NCBI GenBank assembly: GCA_963835065.1
Contig: CAWIEK010000044.1
Span: forward strand, 502,339 to 566,338
Length of the DNA stretch: 64,000 bases
Reading direction: 5' to 3'
From: an uncultured Chthonomonadaceae bacterium
GTDB taxonomy: Bacteria; Armatimonadota; Chthonomonadetes; Chthonomonadales; Chthonomonadaceae
Positions 58,000-64,000 of this stretch are shown in pieces (position 1 is the first letter of the stretch; the number at the start of each line of letters is the position of its first letter). The notes beneath the pieces were generated by a model, which saw only the letters and a list, made by a program, of their open reading frames with translations, was not told where the DNA came from and made no database searches. Made by a program: the position numbers and the translations under genes.

Positions 58000-60855
58000 T
58001 CACTGTGGGTTGAGAGCCGCGCGCAGGGCGGCGTAGGGAGCGGTCACGGACGCGCAGTATTGGGGCAGGCGCGTATATTGTTTTGCCGGATACAGGCATT
58101 GCCACGGAGCGCCTGCCGCCTGCCGCGTTTGCAGGGATTGTACGAACTCGTCAAGCATCTGTTCGGCGGCGGGGCGATCCACGCGCATCAGGGCAGCGAT
58201 GTACCAGCCGGCGGGAAAGCCCCAGTACGCGCCGTTCTGGTACGTATCGGGCGTCGTCGAAGTCTGCTCCCAATAGCCCCCGTACGGACCGGACGGCAGC
58301 AAGGGGCGCACATGCCCTTCCACAACCGTTCCACCGGCCTGATACACAATCCGCAAGTGCTGCGCGACGGCAACCGCGGTGCGCGTCCGTACCGCGCCAA
58401 TCGCAACCGCGTAGGCCGACGCCCAAATGTCGTCTTTATGTCCCTGCCCCGTTGCCGAGTACAGCATCCCCACGTCCTTGCCGTTTTCCTTGTCCAATGG
58501 GTGATAAAAGGCGTTGGCGATGGCAAGGGGCAGATCGCGGGCAATCTGATCGTATTTGGCGATCTGTGTCCGGTCATTCAGGGCGGCAAACAATAGCACC
58601 AAATCTTTGGCCGCGCGCCACCGCAGCACGGAAGGCATCAGGCACGCCCCGGTTTTGTGAACAGTGTCGGCAAATCCCCAATCCACGCGCCAGTCTGTCG
58701 GCCCGTTCCCTACCACGACTAAGCCGTTCGCGTCCACTTCCACGCTGTCAAAAGCGCGGGTGCAGGCTTCGGCCAGAGTTTCGGTTCCCCACGCCGTTTT
58801 CACCTGCGACCCAAGCAGCGCCCCGTTCCCGGTCTGGCGCAGGTGTTCGCGTACCATCTGTATAAAGTAAAACGGATTGTCGGCGGGCGGCAGAAAGCCG
58901 AACTTGCCATCCCCCTGATCGTAGCCCGCGCCCGCCCCCGGAAACCAGCAGGGTTCACCCGACAGCGTTAAATGGTCGGGGATGCTGTACGGCGGCACGG
59001 ACAGGCCGTTGGCAAGTTTTAGGCCGTCCGGCCCCGCCTGCGTGGAAGCCACCAGCCGCGCCCACCCCGCAACCTCGTCAGCAGCGATCAAGTCCGGCCC
59101 AAGCATCAGCGCGGCGTCTCGAATAGAAAACACTTTTTGCGTTTGACCGCCATCGGGCAGGCGAACGGTGAGGATGTTGGGTGTTGGGTATTGGGTGTTG
59201 GGAGACGAACTTTTTGTTGATGGCTTCTCTGCTGTTCCCTGTTCCCTGTCACCTGTCACCTGTGCCCTGTTCCCTGTTCCCTCTCTTCCTGCAATCGTAG
59301 TGCGGGCGGAGGCAAGGGTTGTTTTGGCGATGGCAAGCAATTTTTCGCTTTGGGCGGTCAGATGGTCGGCTTGCTGCGCGGTTTGCTGGACGGTTTTGTT
59401 CACGTCCAGAGTGGGCGGGCGAACCACCGTAATGTTGTTGACCGCCGCGTTGAGCAGGGCGGAATTGGCGGTGTTGAGCGCCAGCAAAATTTGCGGCGTT
59501 CGCGTGGGTGACAGCGAAAAGGGGGCTTGCGTCGGGTTGTTCGGGTCGTACTCCCAGGACCAGAGCGCGACAAGCGGCGCATCCGATGTTTGGGCGCGGC
59601 GCAAATAGTCCAGCAGCCAGGGCGCGGCCTGCTCCTTGCCTCCCGCGACCACTTTCTGCCCCACTTCCCCGATGAACAACGGTTTTTTCAGGCTGTCCGC
59701 CGCGTACTGCGTCCAGGGCATCCGCAGGGCGTGAAGGCCGTCCTCGACAAGCCACGATGCCCCCCCGTTGTAAGTGGCCGTATCGGGCTTATCGGGCGGG
59801 TATTGGTGGGCACTGAGAATGTCCACATTCGGCGGATTAAAGAAACCGAAAATTTGCTGGTACTCCGCGAACGTGTCCGAAGTCCAGTCGGGAGTGAAAT
59901 CAAGCGCGTGGCCCCCATTGCGTCCCGCCAGCATCGCTTCGCGCAGATGCAGGGCGGACGGGCGCATATCGCCGTTGCCGGACGTGACATAATGCTTTTT
60001 GTCAAGGGAATGGATTCGGGCGGCAATCTGCGCGAGAAACGCCCGCACCTGATCTGACGTAACCACATCACCGGGAGCGCGATTGTTGACTTTCGTAGAC
60101 AAATCAGCTTCCAGATTGTACTCGTTGCCGATTTCCCAGAACAACACGCGCGGGTCGTTCTTGTAGCGAGTCACGATGGCGGTCACATACTCCAGCGCAA
60201 GATCGTTGGAGCGCGTACCGGGCGTCAGATATTGCGACAGGGATTCAGGCTTGCCGTTTGCGCGTCCCACATACTCGCGCAGCATGTTGACGTTGAACAG
60301 CAGTGAGGGTACGATTGCCATGTCCGCGTTGTCCGCCGCTTCCAGCATCCGGTCGAACGCATTAAGCCAGCCCTCCCGATTGGTTTCAAACGCGCCGAAA
60401 CCTGCCGCGCTCCACGTCGTGCCCCAGCAGCGCGCCAGATGGACGCCCGCCCCTCGCGCATCCGCCAACGCCTGCACTCCGCTCGCGTCCTCGCCGCGTA
60501 AAAACCGCTCGAACAAATCCGGGATATTGACTCCGACATTGCGATACGCCACTTTGCCCAGGTTCAGGCGCGTCTTGCCTTCGATTTTCAGGAAAAAGCG
60601 CGGCGTCTGCTTGTCCAGCGTCGGTGACTTCCCCGCCTGCGTTCGCGCCATTGTGCCTTTTGGCGCTGTTGTTTCTTTTTGCGTCGGAAGGCTTGGCCAA
60701 GCGTCTTTTGGAGCAGGCGGCTGGCGATTTTGCAGCGCCGGTTTTTTCGAGGCGCGGACTGCGCCATAGCCACATGCATTTGCGTGCACTGCCAAAATAG
60801 AATAAGGAAACAAGCAGCAGAAAAAAGCGAATACGATTGGTTTATGTTCGTTCAT
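58000..60855 (-). CDS. Bimodular glycosidase: clan GH-A (GH5-like) domain plus six-hairpin glycosidase domain
   Basis: WEIGNEYN, SAHQY and FIGEVG in the N-half; IRD, DWGFADT and YQNGAYW in the C-half; start uncertain. Confidence 0.75.
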   Translation of the reverse strand: MNEHKPIVFAFFCCLFPYSILAVHANACGYGAVRASKKPALQNRQPPAPKDAWPSLPTQKETTAPKGTMARTQAGKSPTLDKQTPRFFLKIEGKTRLNLGKVAYRNVGVNIPDLFERFLRGEDASGVQALADARGAGVHLARCWGTTWSAAGFGAFETNREGWLNAFDRMLEAADNADMAIVPSLLFNVNMLREYVGRANGKPESLSQYLTPGTRSNDLALEYVTAIVTRYKNDPRVLFWEIGNEYNLEADLSTKVNNRAPGDVVTSDQVRAFLAQIAARIHSLDKKHYVTSGNGDMRPSALHLREAMLAGRNGGHALDFTPDWTSDTFAEYQQIFGFFNPPNVDILSAHQYPPDKPDTATYNGGASWLVEDGLHALRMPWTQYAADSLKKPLFIGEVGQKVVAGGKEQAAPWLLDYLRRAQTSDAPLVALWSWEYDPNNPTQAPFSLSPTRTPQILLALNTANSALLNAAVNNITVVRPPTLDVNKTVQQTAQQADHLTAQSEKLLAIAKTTLASARTTIAGREGTGNRAQVTGDREQGTAEKPSTKSSSPNTQYPTPNILTVRLPDGGQTQKVFSIRDAALMLGPDLIAADEVAGWARLVASTQAGPDGLKLANGLSVPPYSIPDHLTLSGEPCWFPGAGAGYDQGDGKFGFLPPADNPFYFIQMVREHLRQTGNGALLGSQVKTAWGTETLAEACTRAFDSVEVDANGLVVVGNGPTDWRVDWGFADTVHKTGACLMPSVLRWRAAKDLVLLFAALNDRTQIAKYDQIARDLPLAIANAFYHPLDKENGKDVGMLYSATGQGHKDDIWASAYAVAIGAVRTRTAVAVAQHLRIVYQAGGTVVEGHVRPLLPSGPYGGYWEQTSTTPDTYQNGAYWGFPAGWYIAALMRVDRPAAEQMLDEFVQSLQTRQAAGAPWQCLYPAKQYTRLPQYCASVTAPYAALRAALNPQ

Positions 60856-63535
60856 GCGAAACCGTGACATCTTTGTATTTCACTCTTTCAAGAGAAACGC
60901 CAATGCAGAAAATCTACTCTTCTTTTCTGATTACGCTGTATTTACGCTGCTTTGGAGCGGGCTGTTTGCAGGGCTTGCTTTTGCCGCGCCGCCTGCGCCC
61001 GTGACGGCGACGGAAGACGCCGCCCGCATTGTCATGGACAACGGCATCGCGCGACTGGAAGTTTCCAAAGCGAAGGGCAATATCGTGTCGGTTCGGTATC
61101 GGCACGACGGGCAGGATACGGAAATCAGCAAAACCATGTACACGTCGGCCAGCGCCGGTCCGACGGATCGCAACGCGCCCCAGCCGCCGCGCGGCTCCAT
61201 CCAAACGCAGCAAAATCGCCCGCCCCATCTGGCGCAAAATACGCCCGAAATCGCGGACGTTCAAATAGAAAGCGGCCCCAATCCGACGTTTCCCTTCCAT
61301 ACGGAAACGCACTACCTTCTAATGCGCGGCCAGAGCGGATTTTACGCCTATCAGATTTACTCGCGTACCGCCGACTTACCGGCAGCCACGATTGGCGAGG
61401 CGCGGTTCGTTATCAAAGGCTTGCCCGGCACGAGCGTTTTCACCGACCATGTTGTGGATGCGCAGCGTATGGGGCCGGTCAACACATCGCCCGTCGCGCA
61501 GCAGGTTTCGGACGCGACGTTTCTGCTTCAGGACGGCTCCATTTACACCAAGTACGACAATTCGGCGTTCATGGCCGACCACTATGTTCATGGCATGACA
61601 GGGCACGGCATCGGGCTGTGGATGCTCAACGCCAGCAACGAGTTCGTCAACGGCGGGCCGCTGAAACAGGAATTGACGGTACACGCCGACAACACCCTCC
61701 TCAACATGCTGCAAGGGGCGCACTTCGGTTCGGGCGTCCTGAACTTCAAGGCGGGCGAAACATGGACGAAATTTTACGGCCCGTGCTTCGTGTATCTGAA
61801 TAGCGGCGCGACCACGCAGGCGATGTATCAGGATGCGCTGCGCCGCGTGGAAACCGAACGCGCCCAATGGCCGTATGCGTGGGTCAGCCATCCCGCGTAT
61901 CCCATTCTGCGCGGCAGCGTGACGGGGCAAATCAAACTCACGGACGGCACAAGCGCAAGGGGCGCGTGGATCGTTCTCGCGGCGGCAAGCGATTCGCCGC
62001 AAACGGATTGGACGCAGCAGGGCAAGGGCTATGAGTTCTGGACGCGGGCGAATACGGACGGCAGTTTCGTTATTCCCAAAGTGCGCCCCGGCGCGTACAC
62101 GCTGTACGCCTGCGGCGCAAACCAGTTCGCGCAGTTCCACAAGGATGGGGTTACCATTCAGGCCGGGGAAACGAACACTCTGGGCGTCTTGGATTGGCAG
62201 CCCGTCACGCATGGCAAAACGCTGTGGCAGATCGGCGTGGCAGACCGGGGCACAACCGAGTTCCATGACGGCAACAATGTCCGTCACTTCGCCAACTACC
62301 TGCGCTACGCCAGAGATTTTCCCGGCGACGTGACGTTCACCATCGGCAAAAGCCGCGAAGACCGGGACTGGAATTATGCGCAATGGACGTGGTACAGCAA
62401 GCGGCCTTACTGGGCGATTGATTTCGACCTGCCGCAATCGCAAACAGGTACAGCCACACTTACGTTCGGCATTGCCGCTTCCAATCCTGCGCATGGCGGG
62501 TCGAACACCATTCAAATCAAAGTCAACGGGCGCGATGCGGGAACCTTGCATCTTACCAAATCCGGCCCCGCCGCGTATCGCAGCGGCGGGCAGGACAGCC
62601 TGTACCGCGTGGAAACCGTCACGTTCGACGCCGCGTTGCTCAAAGCCGGAGCCAATGAAATCACGCTCGGCCACGCCGACGCGCAGCCGCTTCCCACCCC
62701 GGAGGAGCAGAAAAAAGGGCAGGTAGGCGCGGTAATGTACGACGCGATCCGTCTGGAAGTGGAACCGAAGGAAGGCGAAGCAAAGACCACGCAGGAAAGC
62801 GGAAATTTGCCCGCGAATACGCGAAGATTGCCGACCCTGTTCCTCATCGGCGATTCGACAGTGAAGAACCATACGAAAGGCTTGGCGGGGTGGGGCGATT
62901 CGATTGGAGCGTGGTTCGATACGTCGCGCCTGCATGTGGAAAACGAGGCGTTGGGCGGGCGCAGCAGCCGTACGTTTCTCACGGAAGGCTTGTGGGACAA
63001 GGTTCTCGCCAAAATGCAGCCGGGAGATTTCGTGCTGATGCAGTTCGGGCACAACGACGGCGGCAGCATCGCCACAAGTTACCGCGCCTCCCTGAAAGGC
63101 AACGGCGAGGAAACGCAGGAAGCGACGGACGCCAAAACCGGCAAGCAAGAAACCGTCCATTCCTATGGCTGGTACATGCGCCGCTATATCGCCGACGCGA
63201 AACGCAAGGGCGCAACCCCGATTGTGCTTTCCCTCGTGCCCCGCAACATCTGGAAACCGGATAACACGATAGGCCGCGCGTCCAACGATTACGGCAAGTG
63301 GGCGCAGGAAGCGGCCCTGTCCGAAAACGTCGCCTTTGTAGACTTGAACGACATTGTAGCCAAGCATTACGAGGCGCTCGGCCCGAACAAAGTGAAGGAA
63401 ATGTACTTTCCCGGCGACCACACCCATACCAATCAAGCGGGCGCGGAACTTAACGCGGCTTCGGTTGTGGAAGGCTTACGAATGCTCAAGAACTGTCCTT
63501 TAGCCCCATACCTGCGGGAGAAACTCCAGCATTAG
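60854..63535 (+). CDS. PL4 rhamnogalacturonan lyase fused to a CE12-type SGNH acetylesterase (true start may be 60903 with an indel)
   Basis: TKYD, EFVNGGPLKQEL, KFYGP, VRPGAYTL, LWQIGVADR, MYDAIRLE; then IGDSTV, GRSSR, QFGHND, DHTH. Confidence 0.88.
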   Translation: MRNRDIFVFHSFKRNANAENLLFFSDYAVFTLLWSGLFAGLAFAAPPAPVTATEDAARIVMDNGIARLEVSKAKGNIVSVRYRHDGQDTEISKTMYTSASAGPTDRNAPQPPRGSIQTQQNRPPHLAQNTPEIADVQIESGPNPTFPFHTETHYLLMRGQSGFYAYQIYSRTADLPAATIGEARFVIKGLPGTSVFTDHVVDAQRMGPVNTSPVAQQVSDATFLLQDGSIYTKYDNSAFMADHYVHGMTGHGIGLWMLNASNEFVNGGPLKQELTVHADNTLLNMLQGAHFGSGVLNFKAGETWTKFYGPCFVYLNSGATTQAMYQDALRRVETERAQWPYAWVSHPAYPILRGSVTGQIKLTDGTSARGAWIVLAAASDSPQTDWTQQGKGYEFWTRANTDGSFVIPKVRPGAYTLYACGANQFAQFHKDGVTIQAGETNTLGVLDWQPVTHGKTLWQIGVADRGTTEFHDGNNVRHFANYLRYARDFPGDVTFTIGKSREDRDWNYAQWTWYSKRPYWAIDFDLPQSQTGTATLTFGIAASNPAHGGSNTIQIKVNGRDAGTLHLTKSGPAAYRSGGQDSLYRVETVTFDAALLKAGANEITLGHADAQPLPTPEEQKKGQVGAVMYDAIRLEVEPKEGEAKTTQESGNLPANTRRLPTLFLIGDSTVKNHTKGLAGWGDSIGAWFDTSRLHVENEALGGRSSRTFLTEGLWDKVLAKMQPGDFVLMQFGHNDGGSIATSYRASLKGNGEETQEATDAKTGKQETVHSYGWYMRRYIADAKRKGATPIVLSLVPRNIWKPDNTIGRASNDYGKWAQEAALSENVAFVDLNDIVAKHYEALGPNKVKEMYFPGDHTHTNQAGAELNAASVVEGLRMLKNCPLAPYLREKLQH

Positions 63536-63626
63536 AGCCTATCCCGATAGGCTTGGTATCCGCGTCCGTAGGACGCTTGCACTTTCCTGCCGGGTATTTT
63601 CAATGCCCGGCCTGCTGGTTCTTCCA

Positions 63627-63950
63627 TTAGTTGGTGGGGCGAAGTTTGTAGGTCAGATGATTCAGGCTGGTGAGCAGTTCCGGCAACTTGGAGGAAAGAT
63701 GGCCTTCCTGCTCCCCCGACGGCAGCGCCTTCCATTGAATGACAAGCGATTCCAGCATCCTGTCGGGAACCTGCTTTTGCTGCTCCATGGGAAGCCGCTG
63801 CAGCAGCGTCCGGCAGCGTTTCAAAAAGTGCTGTTCGCACAGGCGCTTGCCCGGTTCCAGCGGCAGCGCGGTAGCAAGGGGCTGCCAGCTTCCCTCCTGC
63901 TCCGAGGCGGAAGGCAGGTAAAAATCATAGTGAGCGGGTGTCGTGTCCAT
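63627..63950 (-). CDS. Hypothetical protein
   Basis: 107-aa ORF with RBS AGGAGA; no recognisable motif. Confidence 0.45.
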   Translation of the reverse strand: MDTTPAHYDFYLPSASEQEGSWQPLATALPLEPGKRLCEQHFLKRCRTLLQRLPMEQQKQVPDRMLESLVIQWKALPSGEQEGHLSSKLPELLTSLNHLTYKLRPTN

Positions 63951-64000
63951 AAATATAGTGTTCTCCTGCTTTGTATACGCGCGCAGCAGGCAGAAGGTTG

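Noticed and set aside
1..64000. tRNA, rRNA or tmRNA genes
   Set aside because: None recognised by eye; a tRNAscan-SE/Infernal run would be needed to exclude them formally.

Overview
A 64-kb bacterial chromosomal window, GC-rich in the housekeeping genes, with several lower-GC islets. The gene content and repeat style suggest Armatimonadota or a similar lineage, but that is inference only. Housekeeping content: the end of a surface-polysaccharide locus (NDP-sugar epimerase, lhgO-like oxidase, gmhA, gmhB); a flagellar block fliK-flgD-TIGR02530-like-flgE-motA-motB-fliL; aroC-aroK-aroB; a PASTA Ser/Thr kinase, rpe, ribD and ribE; murQ and deoB; and several CAZymes (GH116-like, GH57, GH5 plus six-hairpin fusion, PL4 plus CE12 fusion). 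Accessory or defence content: a decayed IS701-like element, an orphan SUKH-4-like immunity gene, several toxin-antitoxin-like pairs, an RloA/RloB (AbiL-like) pair, and a lone cas1 with no cas2. That cas1 is followed by a leader and a 2-spacer CRISPR array whose last repeat is cut off by a palindromic element. The most pervasive unexplained structure is a dense set of palindromic elements built from tandem 7-mer and 9-mer arms. They sit on stop codons, nest inside each other, and are also inserted in frame into proteins. About ten single-base frameshifts in otherwise intact genes point to sequencing or assembly indel errors. No rRNA or tRNA was recognised.
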